Shown: positions 14,083-27,673, counted from the first letter of the stretch. The stretch: 64,000 nt of DNA from Eledone cirrhosa (GCA_964016885.1 OZ024743.1:218550001-218614000); one strand, 5' to 3'. Numbers and translations: made by a program. Notes: generated from the letters alone by a model not told the origin.

Positions 14083-14461
14083 TCATCTAGCCCCATTTTA
14101 CTTGTAGCTAATAAGTTAAATAGGTATAGCTAACTTAGATAATTATAAGTTACCTATCTTACATTGTCTCTCAATTAAAAAATTAAAAAATTAGCACTTA
14201 ACTATAAACTACCCACAATTTATAATCTCTTGAGGTGTTACTTCCCCTGAAACCACCCTCTAATTAGTAAGGTAAATATGTCCATTGGTGGCCATCTTGT
14301 TACCCATAGGCAGATCTCACACAATGCAGCCTCGACAGAAGAATACTGCTCAACTATGGCAGACAATGGATATACCCAGGACACCATAGTGAAATACCAA
14401 TATATGGAACATTACATTTATGTAACATTCTTTCCTTATTTTAATTTATATTCCTTTTGAA

Positions 14462-14580
14462 GTTCCGATGAGCTGCTCTATTTTTACCTATGTTAATTAT
14501 TTTCAACTGAACCAGATCAATAATGATCTATAATCATTTGATCCAGAAATATTATATGGAGTAGCGAAACAATTGTAAAC
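14462..14580 (+). ncRNA. Type I hammerhead ribozyme motif in right pLTR
   Basis: GTT-CCGATGA-GCTGCTCTAT...ATGGAGTAGC-GAAA-CAATTG-TA-AAC: 10-bp stem II, palindromic stem III ACAATTGT, predicted cleavage after 14577, 3-bp stem I. Confidence 0.7.
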
Positions 14581-15388
14581 GGACATTATTATTATTAATA
14601 TTATTATTATTATTATTATTATTCTCTACATTCCTTACATCAAACTAAAATATGTTGACAATCTTTTAATAATGTCTTCCTTGTGAAATTTTGTGGTCTT
14701 GTTTTGCTTAACTAATGAATATTTCCAGCTCTGTGCACCTAACCTCTGCATGAACCCAGCCACCTAGCTGCCTTCCACTGCATATTGCACATTGAGCACA
14801 TGCCTTTACACTTTGGCTTCTAACTAATTCACCAATCTCTTCTCTCCTATCTCCATCTCTCTCTTTAAGATTGGTTACTCTTGAACTGTGTATATATATA
14901 TATATATATATTGAAATTGAAATAGAAGGGTTCACTGTAACGTTTTGACTAAATAAAATAGTCTAACAATGTGGTGTATAAACACACTGAATGGAAAAAG
15001 ATGGGTACCAGCACACATGAGTGTGTGGGTTCAACTCCCATGTGTGCAGATATCTATCTTTTATATATATCTTTTTATTCTCCCATCTTTGAGTGCTTGG
15101 AATACCCTGAATTGGTAAACTTCAAATGTACTACAGAAGCTTCAGTGAATCACCTTAAAAATAATACATATTCATTGTATATGTGTGTATGTACATGTAC
15201 ACATGCAGGAGAGTATGCTAGATGTGGGTATATTGTGAGTATGTACACATTCTTGCATTTATTCCCTCAGTATTACATCTGTGTAGGTTATTGTAGTGTT
15301 GATTTTCATTGAGTTTTATATTTGATATCATATATTTTATTTTACTATTATTATTATTATTATTATTATTGTTATTATTATTATTATT

Positions 15389-15619
15389 CATAACACTTTC
15401 GTTCTGGCAGATGTTATACCGACACTATACCAAAAGAGTGAGCTATAGCCAATGGTCAAAGGTCCTAGGGTCATTCCTTCTCCTTCAACTTTCTAACACC
15501 CGTCTTAGAATTCTTGCTGTTTTCTGCAACAATCCTGCCCTGATGGTAATTCCTAGCTTCTCAAGCCATGCATACGACCTTCAACTAACTGCTCCCAGTG
15601 TGCCAACCACAATCAGCAC

Positions 15620-15620
<1 letters not shown>
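15389..15620 (-). mobile_element. R4/Dong-type LINE 3' end inserted in (TAA)n
   Basis: VLIVVGTLGAVS*..WLEKLGI...LLQKTARILRRVLE matches the restriction-like endonuclease C-terminus; (TTA)n on both flanks. Confidence 0.7.
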
Positions 15621-15661
<41 letters not shown>

Positions 15662-16207
15662 TAGAAAAATGAGAAAAAAATCAACGCAAGAAAAGCTGTT
15701 AAAACAACCAAATGCTGTCAATGACAGCATTGGATAAAAATACCTCAGAGGACAGAGATCTGTGGCTAATGGTCGGTAGAGAGACAAGCTGTGAGGTGGG
15801 TGACAGGCAGATGAAATATAGAAACAATTGAGAAAGGAGGGGGACAAGGAGAAGTGTGCTGGCACACAGAAGTGACAGGAAGAAAGAAAGAAAGAAAGAA
15901 ATAAAGGCGATGGACGAGACAAGTTCATACACACATCTCTCCCTCATCAGCTCTCATACCAGCAAAATGGTTTCACACAATTTAAATTAGAGTACCACTT
16001 ATAATTGCCAGCTCATGCAAAAAAAAACAATAAATGTTCATTTTACTGTCATTTCTAGCAGCAGTTTGGAGTCAATGGGACACACTTTACTTCACTGTCT
16101 ATCTGTTCTGTTAGTTTTATCATGCACACATTATACCAGCAGAAATATTTATTTTGATGCTTTCATACAAATGAAACAGTTCTAGTTCTGTAGAAGTCTA
16201 TATATAT

Positions 16208-18250
16208 CATCATCATCATCATCATCGTTTAACGTCCATCTTCCACGCTAGAATAGGATGGACGGTTTTGTTCCACTTTAGGCGAGATTGGTCAGGAGAC
16301 CGTGTCTCGCACATACAGAACTTCCCCATGGCAGGTTTTCTACAGCTGGATGCCCTTCTTAAAACCAACCACATTTACAGTGTGGACTGGGAGCCTTTTT
16401 ACCATGTCTCCTACACGACCACTTTACAGTGAGGACTGGGTGTTTTTTGTCATGTCACTGACACAACCACTTTACAGTGGACAAAAATGGGAGGATGGGG
16501 TGGGGTGTGTGGGGTGGGGTGTATATTGGGTTAAGAGGTGCCTACTGACTGTAAGTTTAAGTTTGTACGCAAGGGTAGGCGGGTCTTCTGTACAACTGCA
16601 TAGCGCCAAAGATCTTGATCCAGTAACATTGTCTTAGAGAGGTGTAAGTGAGCAAGGTCTGTTTTTAGGCAACGGAAAGTGTCTACTATTTCTGATAGCA
16701 TCCAGTGGGCCCTTGCTACTTACTGCACCTGAGCATCGGCCACATATGAAATCTACATTCTTAGATAGCTTACCTGTGATCCCACTACATCTTTTTATGT
16801 ATCCATAGTTTGCATTTGGGGCATAGAATAGAATTCTACCTACTCTCTTCTTACACACTAAGCATGGCCATTTCCCAGAGGGTACCTGTGCCCCATTCTC
16901 CTTTCTACATACTAGAACTTTAGTCTTAGACAAGTTAACTGTAAGGCCTTTTAATTCTAGGCCATGCTTCCATGTTTGGAACTTCTTCTCTAGTTCAGCC
17001 ATAGATTCAGGTATGAGAGTTAGATCATCTGCATATAGAAGTTCCCATGGGCAGCCAGTCTTAAACCCTTCTGTTATAGCCTGAAGGGCAATAATAAACA
17101 GGAGGGGGATAAGGATAGAGCCTTGGTGAACATCTACTATTACGCTAAATTCTTCACTATTTTCATTGTTAATTCTAACCTTGCTGAGTGTTCCGCTATA
17201 CATGGCTTATATAATTCTCACAAGCCTCTCATCTACTCCTAATTTTCTAAGAGCCCACTAGATTAAGGAGCAGCGGACTCTGTCAAAGGCTTTCTCCAAG
17301 TCAATAAAAGCTAAGTAGAGGGGTTTACTTTTAGGTAGGTACTTCTCCTGTAGTTGCCGTACAAGGAAAAGAGCATCCATGGTGTGGTGCTTTTACCCTG
17401 CACAAACCCAAACTGCATTTCATCTAGATCAATTTGGTCTCTTATCAGTTGAGTAATAACTCTTCTGTGACTTTCATGACCTGGTCAACTAATTTAATGC
17501 CCCTATAGTTTCCTCTATCTAGGGCATCACCTTTGCCCTTGTAACAGTTGGCGATGATGCTGTTACACCAGTCATTTGGAATGACCTCATTCTGTATTAC
17601 TTGGTTTATTATCCAGTTGACCATAGTATATTCCACCATTCCAGATGACTTCAACATTTCAGCAACTATCCCCAAAGGCCCAGCTGCTTAGCCTGTCTTC
17701 ATAACTCTGATTGCCTTACTTACTATACTACCATTAACTTGCACAGCTGGTCCTTCTGTTGGATCAATGTGGGGCAGACTATCTTTATTCCATTCATTCT
17801 CCTCCTTCAGTAGTCTCTCGTAGTGACACTTCCAAGCTACCTTCTTATCAGTATCAGTGAGGGCAAGTATACCATCGTCATTACGGACACACGTCTCCCC
17901 AACAATATCACAATTCTCCTTGACACACTGCCTCGCAATCCTGAACACCTCACGTCTTTGTTCCTCGCGTTGTAGAATATGCTTGAACTTACTATCTCCT
18001 GCTTCCCTCTACAAAGTATACTTGTCGCCTAGTTTCTTTCCTAGCTACCTGATAGAATTCTCTACTACCCCCACCCTGCCATTCTTTCCAAGCCTGTTTT
18101 TTGCCCTTGATGGACTTCTCCACCTTACTGTTCCACCACCATGTCACTCTCCTCCTGCCTAATGGTCTGCTCCAGCCACAGATTTCATCAGTTGCCTTCA
18201 GCAGGTTAACTGTTCCTCTATATTGTATGTCAACTTCCATAATCTTCTCA
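16208..18250 (-). mobile_element. RTE LINE fragment with internal deletion
   Basis: ORFs 16634-17203, 17445-17675 and 17688-17948 (YKGKGDAL.RGNYRGIKL, VHQGS, LLYADD). Confidence 0.88.
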
Positions 18251-20227
18251 TACATATATACATACATAATGGACCACACACCCAACTACCTCGACAACAG
18301 ACCTCGCAACACCTGAGATTTTAAAGAAATTACTTGAACTGAGGCTATCCCACCTATGCTATTACTCCTATTCTCATCACCCCCCCTTCTCAGAATCCCT
18401 CCTAATCCCAATTCCTTCTGTTTGTTCCTTTCACCTATATTCATACATGAGTATTTGCATGATCTGACCTATCTCTCACTGATTTTCAACCTTATCTTTG
18501 TCGATATTATTACCAATATTGGCAGCGAATTGGCAGAGCCGTTATATGTCAGATAGAATGATGTGTAGTATTTGTCTCTGCTCTTGTCTCGTCGAGGTCA
18601 ACTTTACCTTTTATCCACTCAAGGTTGACAAAAAAAAAATACCAGTCATGTACTGAGATCGATTCTTCCTCTATATCTTTTTCTCACATCCATTCTCGCA
18701 CTCTCTCTATCTTTCTCTGGAAGAAATCTGTCCTATTCAGACCTGGAGAGGAGATGGGCTCCACCAGGTTGAAAAATGCCCTAGAAATGCTGTTATGTCA
18801 AAACAACACCCCCAGGAGTTACGGGACCATGCATTATCAACATCATCAGTATGAACTTGATTCTGATTAGTTTCAGCACTATTGTCATTACTATCTTCTA
18901 GATCCATCTTTATTATTATTATTATCATTTTTTAATTACTTTTTCATTATTATTATTACTATTATCATTACTATTACTATTATCAAGGGCAGTGGATTGG
19001 CAGTATTGGTAGAGGATCGGACGCCATGCCTTGCAGCATAGAGTTACGTCCCTTTACAGTTTGAGTTCAAATCCCGCCGAGGTTAACTTTGCCATTCATC
19101 CTTATGGGGTCGATAAAATAAAGTACTAGTAATGCACTGGGATAATTGCTGGCTTTGTGCCAAAAGTAGAAACAATTATTACTAATATCATTACTATTAT
19201 TTTTGTTAGGGCAGTGGATTGGCAATATCGGTAGAGCATCAGACAACATGCTTTGTGGCATAGTATGGCCTTTTACATTCTCAATTAAAATCCTGCCAAG
19301 TAACACACTTGTGGTTGATTTAATCAACTTTCCCTTTGAACCCTAAATCAGAAACCATTTCTATTATTATCATTATTATTACTACTATTAATGCACTGGG
19401 TAATTGCTGGCCTTATGCCTAACGTAGAAACAATTATCATTACTACTACTATTAGAACTAGGACTACTACTACTACTACTAATCCCCCAATGTACTAATG
19501 ATTTTGATTATGACTCCTTGAGTTCTAGATTTTGGTCCAGCCACAGTCAACCATGCTTCCTGCTTTCCCAGCATGTCTGAAACCTACAACCAGTCTATAA
19601 TGTTGAGTGGATTTAGCCGACCTTCACCACCCACAGACTTACAGCTATTGTAGATATTATCTTTTACTGTTTTCACCACTATTATTGTTGCAATTATTAC
19701 TTCACCATTATCACTGTTACAATTGTCATTGGCATTATTATTGTTATTATTTATGCATAGTTTATTTTATATTTTCATTGTTAAATTGGTCTTGCCATTG
19801 TGCACTTTTACTCGAGCTTATTGTAAACCCCCACTTTCCATGTCTTTGTATTGTCCCCTACATGTCGGCCCTTGTGGCCAATAAATGAAATCATTATTGT
19901 TATTATTATTGTACTCACTGTAAATGTGGTTGGCACTAGGAAGGGCATCCAGCTGTAGAAACCAAGCCAAAATCGGTTCTGTACGAGCAAGACATGGTCA
20001 CTTGATCTGGCATTGCTCACAACAGGATAACTTGTCTAACCCATGCCAGCATGGAAACATGGCCATTGAACAGTGATGATGACGATGATTGTCATCTTTT
20101 ATATTTTTTACTAATTTTACTATTTTCTATCTTTATTATTATCTATATCGTTACATTCCTATTACTAGGTGTATTTGTATGTGTTTGAGCATAGGTAAGT
20201 ATGTGTGTGTGTGTGTGTGTGTGCGAT

Positions 20228-20260
<33 letters not shown>

Positions 20261-21339
20261 TACACACACAAGTGTGTTTCCTCTACCTCCAACCACTCTT
20301 CCACCTTCATCCCTCTCTTCCTTTTGCTGTGAAACTATAACCAGCAACTGACACACTTTCCTTTCTCTGGGCTAGCCATGGCCTAGTGACCTGACTATGT
20401 GACCCAATTCAACACCTTCTTTGTTGCTTATTCCTGAAAAGCAGAATGTTCCAACACTCCTTCTAGTGGGTCCTGTCAGAAGCAACCATCTCCAACAGAT
20501 CAGGCTGGATCCCCAAGTGAAACCAGCCAAGCTCATGGATGTTATCCAACAATCTTGCTCAGGGTCTATCTCTTGGTCTCCTGCCAATTGGTTTTGCCCG
20601 TAAAATCTGTCCAGCGATACTTTCCCAAGACATTTAACTACATGCCCATAGTATCAAAGCTGTGATCTCTCAACTTGGAGAAGTAGCAGCTCTACCTGCA
20701 GTGACTCTCTGATCTCCGAGCTACGCACTCTATCAAATATAACGTTACTCCAAAGACCCTTCAGAGAAATCTCATTTTGGCCGCTTGTATATATGTGCGT
20801 GTGGGGTATGTATAGTAAATGTGGTTGGCATTATAAAGGGCATCCAGCCATAGAAACCAACCCAGAAACAGTTTTATATGAGCAAGATACAGTCGTCTAA
20901 CTTACACTAGTGTGGAAAATGGAAGTTAAATGGTGATGATGATGATGGCTTAATGGTTCGACAAATATCAATGGAATAAGTACCATAATAAAAATATAAA
21001 TCAAGATCAGCATCAGGAAAGACATCCAGCTATAGGATACTGCCTCAAAACATCTCATCTAACCCATGCTAGCAAGAAAAACGTGTATGTAATATTGGTG
21101 GTGATCATGATGATGTATAGAATTGACTAAACCTATTCCAAAATATGCCAAACTTAGAGATCACTATTAATCCTGAGTTTTTTTTTATGTTTTTTTTCCT
21201 TCTTTAACAATGATAAAATTCAGTCAACAGAAAATGTCTATAAGGTCACTTGACTTACTAGTAATAGCAGCCAAATTTACCTCAAATCAAATCTTACTAA
21301 CTTAAATTAGGATACATTGGATATACAAATTCTTGATAT

Positions 21340-21945
21340 ACAAATCAGATGATGTTTACTTGAGAGAAGATTACATTGGTATGGACATGTGATGTGCATG
21401 ACAGCTGAATAAAAAAGTGCAGGGTGATCAAAACTGATAGAAGTTACGGAGTAGGTATACCCAGAAAAACCTGGGATGAAATGATAAAATCCGACCTTGC
21501 ACACTTACGCCTCTCTAAGCAATGTCATTGGATCAAGATCTTTGGCGCCATGCAGTAATACAGAAGACCCGCCTTCCCTACTCCATCAACCCACTACCCT
21601 TACTCCATCCTCCCACTCCCACCAGCACCACCCTTTCTCTGTAAAGTTATGTTGGTACCACAACATCCAGTCCAAACTAAAGAGGTCATGTAGGTGTCAT
21701 GACAAAAAAAACTCAGTCCATGCTGTAAAGTGGTTGTATACAGCAAAAAGGCTCCCATTCCACACTGTAAATGTGGTTGGTGTTAGGAAGGGCATCCAAC
21801 CATAGAAAACCTGCCAGATACAATCCTATACGAGCGAGACACAGTCACCCGATCAATCTTGCCTCAAGTGGGACAATTCCTTGTCTAATCCATGCTAGTG
21901 TGGAAGATAGACATTAAACAATGATGATGATGATGATGATGATAG
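21340..21945 (+). mobile_element. RTE LINE 3' fragment
   Basis: ERRLHWYGHV remnant and shared 3' UTR with (GAT)n tail. Confidence 0.75.
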
Positions 21946-22459
21946 CTGTGTCATATCTTGAGCTCTTTTGATTATCAGTCTGCTTTGTTAGAAGTAACCT
22001 AGGGTTAAACAACATCAACAACAGTAATAAAACTGACTTTTCATAGGCTTTTATCTATTCCCTTGCAGTGCATCTTAAGCATATTATTGTTATATTTATT
22101 GGAAATTCAAACTCAGCAGGTAATTGATTCTATATAAGAAAAGAAATGATAAAAGAGAAAATAATAGTAAAAATTAACTATAAATCTTCCTTAAAATCAT
22201 AAACTGACAATTTGAAATCAACCGTATTCCTGCACCTTTCACATAAATATCTCTTTATTGAATATAAGATGTCTTAATTGGTCAATCTATGTAGCTTTAA
22301 AAAATAAATGCAATGATATATAATAATTTCTATCATAGAGGTAGGGCCATAAAGTTTTTAAATGCCTATTTGATTAAATAAACCCAAGTACTCAACTGGT
22401 ACTATATTTTATTGATCTGGAAGGATAAAAGGCAAAGTTGACCTCAGTGAGATTTGAAC

Positions 22460-23365
22460 ATCATCAACATCATTTTTCCATTCATTTTTCCATGCTTGCA
22501 TGCGTTGGATGGGTCCTTCTCAGCACAGCACCTCTCCACTCACTGCATTTCTTCATCATCTCCTCTGTGAGTTTCAGGAATTTGAGGTCAGCTCTCACCA
22601 CCTCTCCCTAGGTCTTTCTCAGTTTATGCACCTCACATGACCGTACCAATGTAGTCTTCTCTCCTGCATACCACCTCGGATTCCCATTAAACCCAGCTTC
22701 TCCTTCAGTTCATTCAAGCTGTGCCATTCTCTCACATTTACATTGCACATCCAATGAAGAGCTGCTTCATTTTTCTCCAGTCTATGCATGCCTTCTGCAG
22801 TCACTAACCATGTTTCACTAACATGTAGCATCACACTTCACCTACAGGTATCTTACAATCATCCTTTTGTACGTAGGGAGAAACCTTTGTTGTCAACAAT
22901 AGGAGTAGTTCTCTGAATTTCTTCCATCCTATCCTTATTCTAGCTATTATGTTCTCAGAGCACTCTCCTCTGCAGCTAATTAAGTGACCTAGATAGCAGA
23001 AGCTATCAACCACTTCTATGGACTATTCCTGTGACTTGAAGAGGTTTATATCACTGCCGCTCTTCCCTTCAATTACTCCTGTGCATCTTCTACATACAAA
23101 GTTTTCCTTTCTTGTTAGTCAATCCATTATCCCACTACATCTCTTGTGTACTCAAGATTTACATTGTGTACACCATATGAAGTTTATGCCTACTCCTTTT
23201 CTACATATAGAGTGGAGCTGCTTCTCTGAAGGGATCAGGGCCCTATCTTTATTCCTACTTATTAGCACTTTAGTTTTGGCCAAGATTATTGTCAGAACTT
23301 TTGATTCCAAATCCTTTTCCGTAGTCAGAACTTATTTTCTAGCTATTTTATGGATTCGGCTATAA
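22460..23365 (-). mobile_element. RTE LINE fragment inserted into a Nin-type SINE
   Basis: VDSFCYLG, GWKKFRELL, WYGHV; SINE halves at ~22340-22460 and ~23370-23450. Confidence 0.75.
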
Positions 23366-23853
23366 GGACCAAATCAGAATGTAAAAAGCTGGAAAAATTA
23401 CTGCAAGACATTTTGTCCAACTCTTTAATGATTCTGCCAATTCACTGTCATACAATAATATATAACATCATTACATATCCGTTCTGAGCCAATTACTATT
23501 GCATCAGTATCATACAGAACTGTGATGCTGTTATTATTATGAGTTTTCTATTACAAGCTCTTTGCTCTAAGATGCTGTACGGTAATGAAATGAAGAATGG
23601 TGAATGAATAATGAACTGAATGAGTTTAGAATATGTTTAGGCAAGAGTGATTATTATGAGATGATTTGATGATAGGAAATTGGTGTTAGCAAATGAAGAT
23701 TCATTAATCAATCAGGCAGCTAGGGTTATCCTACAAACTTGCAACATAGAAAAATACAACTCAAGCACACCTGAACAGAACAGTATTACAATAGCAATAA
23801 CAATAACAAGAAATTTAAAGAAAATAAATATGGCAGTAAGCAAAAGTACATAC

Positions 23854-24102
23854 AGATTTGCTTGTGAGCAATGCTCAGTTTGTTCCTTCGAAAGCTTTTA
23901 TCCTGTTGTACCCGGTTATATGAATAGCAATTATTATCACCATAGACATTCTCATTTGGAGGATCAGTGTCGTCCTGTAGAAAAGTTTGGGATGAATCAA
24001 ATGGTATCGAAGTAGAAGATTCAAGGGAGCTATTCTGATATGAAGTGTTCTCAAGTTCAGCATTTTTCTGTTTTTCTTTTTTCAGCATTCCAACTAAGAT
24101 AC
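23854..24102 (-). CDS. KIF6: KIF6 exon (stalk plus low-complexity linker)
   Basis: 249 nt, phase 1 to 1. Translates (S)ILVGMLKKEKQKNAELENTSYQ...IAHKQI, cf. KIF6 NILVNMLKKEKKKA. Donor |gtatgt; overlaps ORF 23786-24088. The next exon was not found in 1-23853. Confidence 0.85.
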
Positions 24103-24158
24103 ATAACTACAATTAAGGTCAATAATCAGAGTAAATGTTGAAACTATATACAACCTAA

Positions 24159-24353
24159 CCCTTTAGCATTTAAACCAGCCATATCCAGCCAGAATTCTCC
24201 CCAAACCGGCTGTAACTGAATACACATACTGATGTTAAAGTATTGTTCGCAATATAAATAATAACAAAATCTTATAGATTCAATATTATGTGAGGTAAAG
24301 TCTTTACCATGAAAATATAATAGTATATATAGAGTAATGTGAATGTTAAAGGC
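24159..24353. mobile_element. Second copy of the piggyBac-like MITE
   Basis: CCCTTTAGCATT...AATGTTAAAGG, colinear with 47070-47289; lies ~40 nt from the U12 branch box. Confidence 0.65.
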
Positions 24354-24729
24354 TCACACTGAAATACAAATGACTCATTTTGTCAAAAGTTAGCATCGTT
24401 TGATCCATTGGATCAAACACAGTGACATGCCTCACTATGGTGAAATATCAAACAACTTAAACATATCACTAATATTCGTCTGATTTTCACATTTCTATAT
24501 TAAACTTGATGTTTACACACTAGTAAATATATATATATATATATATATATAAATATATAAAAACACAAATGTATATATATACACTCATACACACACAAAT
24601 ATATATATATATACACTCATACACACAAACATATATTACATATATATATACATACATACATATATATATACATATATATACAAACACACAATTAAATATA
24701 TATACATATATATATATGTATATTTATAC

Positions 24730-24805
<76 letters not shown>

Positions 24806-24814
24806 ATATATCAT

Positions 24815-25152
24815 CATTCATTTTCATTTCATTTTTACATCCACTTTTCCCTGCTTGCAAGGGTGGGACGGGAACTGATACTGGCTTGATTTCTACAGCT
24901 GGATGCCCTTCCTAACACCAACCTCATTTACAGTGAGTGCTGGGTGCTTTTTTGCCATGGCACCTCCACGACCACTTTGCAGTGGAATGATAGGGACCCA
25001 CAGTCCCTATCATCTCATTTCTACAGCTGAGTAAACTGGAGCAATGTGAAATAAAGTGTCTTGCTCAAGGAAACAACACATCACCCGGTCTGAGAATTGA
25101 ACTCACAACCTTTCGATTGCAAGGCCAATGCTCTAACCACTAAGCCATGTGC
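24815..25152 (-). mobile_element. Same SINE family
   Basis: Near-identical to 4540-4872. Confidence 0.85.
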
Positions 25153-25195
25153 CATGTGCCATATATATATATGTATATATATTTAATTGTGTATA

Positions 25196-25232
<37 letters not shown>

Positions 25233-25234
<2 letters not shown>

Positions 25235-25815
25235 AAAATTAAGATAAATTAAGGGTGTCATGTCAGATAGACATGCGCCATATCACCCGTAAAATATGCT
25301 CCAAGACTCAAATGAATAGATCCGAGCATTTTATATCAACTAGAAATTGATTGACATATAAATATATCTAAAATAAATATGAAACAATCACGGGGGATAA
25401 TTTGTAAAAGTGTGTAAGCATACATAGCTAGGTAGGTAACTAAATAAAGTTTAACTAGAACTTCAAAAATAGATACCTTATCAATTGAGATGTGTGTATT
25501 TTTAGTAAATACAGCACGTGTTACTAGCCATTCACTGATTTGAATTTGATGCGTAAACACAGATGATTGGACCTCTTCCTTGTTGAAAATCTAGGATCTG
25601 GCTACTGTCGTTTACCAATCGATTAATTGGTGAAATATATTTCTTTAATGGAAGATTAATCAATTTATAAGGTATCTATTTTTGAAGTTCTAGTTAAACT
25701 TTATTTAGTTACCTACCTTGCTATGTATGCTTACACACTTTTACAAATTATCCCCCGTGATTGTTTCATATTTATTTTAGATATATTTATATGTCAATCA
25801 ATTTCTAGTTGATAT
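25233..25815. repeat. ~155-bp inverted repeats with 170-bp spacer and ~100-bp tail, in (TA)n
   Basis: 25332-25489 is the reverse complement of 25660-25815 with few mismatches. Confidence 0.8.
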
Positions 25816-25827
25816 ATATATATAATG

Positions 25828-25863
<36 letters not shown>

Positions 25864-25892
25864 TATACATTATATATATACATATACATAAT

Positions 25893-27003
25893 AGGAATGG
25901 AGTTTAGTGAGGAATTCCAGATAGAAGTAGGAGTACATCAAGGTTCGGTCCTCAGCCCGCTCTTGTTCATTATAGACCTCCAAGCCATAACAGAGGAGTT
26001 TAAACCTGGCTGTCCATGTGAACTTCTCTATGCTGACGATCTGGTTCTTATAGCAGAATCAGTAGAGGAGCTAGAGAATAAATTCTGCCTATGGAAACAA
26101 CAGTTGGAAGCAAGAGGACTGAGATGATCCTAGCTAAGACAAAAGTGTTGGTGAGTAGAAAAGAGGACAAAACTCTGATTCTGCCAGAGAAATGGCCATG
26201 TTTGATATGCAGAAAAGAAACTGGCATAAATTCTATAAAATGCACACAATGCAGATCCTGGGTACACAAGAGATGTAGTGGGATAGCAGGCAAACTAACA
26301 GGTAGGGAGAAATATGTATACAGTAGAAGTCGCATTGATAGACACATTTTTCAAATGCAGGCGGGTGCTATAGAAGTGGTGGATAGCTTCCGGTACCGAG
26401 GAGATCAGGTTAGCATGAGATGGGGCGGGCGATGTTCCGAGGCCATAGTATCTAGAATAAGGACAGGTTGGAAGAAGTTTAGGGAGCTGCTTTCTCTGCT
26501 GACGAAGAAGGGTTTCCCCCTGCGTACGAAAGGCCGGTTATATGATGCCTGTGTGAGGAGCACGATGCTGCATGGTAGTGAGACATGGGCAGCAACTGTA
26601 GAGGATATGTGACGGCTGGCAAGAAATAGGGCAAGCATGCTCCGTTGGATGTGCAATGTCAATGTGCGTGAACGACCCAGCATGAATGTGTTAAGAGAGA
26701 AACTGCGTCTGAGAGGGATAGAATGTACTGTGCGAGAGAGGAGACTGAGGTGGTATGGACATGTGATGCACATGGAGGATGACCGATGGGTGAAGAAGTG
26801 CAAGGAAATGCCAGTTGAAGGAAGACGTGGTAGAGGTAGACCACTGAAAACATGGGCGGAGGTGGTGAGAACAGACCTCAGATCGCTGAAGCTCACAGTG
26901 GAGACGACGAAGGACCTTGACAAGTGGAGTGATGCTGTGCTAAATAAGACCCGTCCCACCCTTGCAAGCAGGGAAGAGCAGACGTAAAATGATGATGATG
27001 ATA
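25893..27003 (+). mobile_element. RTE LINE 3' part, short-3'UTR subfamily
   Basis: GVHQGSVLSPLLF, LLYADD, HGSETW, GRPLKTW; ORF runs directly into CCCACCCTTGCAAGCAGGGAAGAGCAGACGTAAAA(TGA)n. Confidence 0.9.
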
Positions 27004-27004
27004 A

Positions 27005-27056
27005 TTGATATATACACATATACATATATATATACATTATATATATACACATACAT

Positions 27057-27121
<65 letters not shown>

Positions 27122-27124
27122 CAT

Positions 27125-27166
<42 letters not shown>

Positions 27167-27509
27167 AATACACATATATACATATATATATATACATTAT
27201 ATACATCATCATCACCGTTTTACGTCCGTTCTTCCACGCTAGCATGTGTTATACATATATATATATATATAATGTATATATATATGTATATATATATAAT
27301 GTATATATGTATATATACATTACATATATATATACATTATATATATATATATATATATACATATATACATTATATATACATATATATATATACACATATA
27401 CATTATATATATACATATATATATACATTATATATATATATAAATACATATATACATTATATATACATATATATACACATATACATTATATATATATACA
27501 CATATACAT

Positions 27510-27561
<52 letters not shown>

Positions 27562-27606
27562 TTATATATATACATATATATACACATATACATATATATA
27601 TATACA

Positions 27607-27673
<67 letters not shown>

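Larger units (their letters stand above)
12822..14889 (+). mobile_element. 5'-truncated Penelope-like retroelement (Naiad-type) with inverted pseudo-LTRs
   Basis: Near-identical ~555-bp inverted repeats (12822-13376 / 14159-14722) flank a GIY-YIG endonuclease remnant. A ~170-bp tail follows the right repeat, with (TA)n on both sides. Confidence 0.88.
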
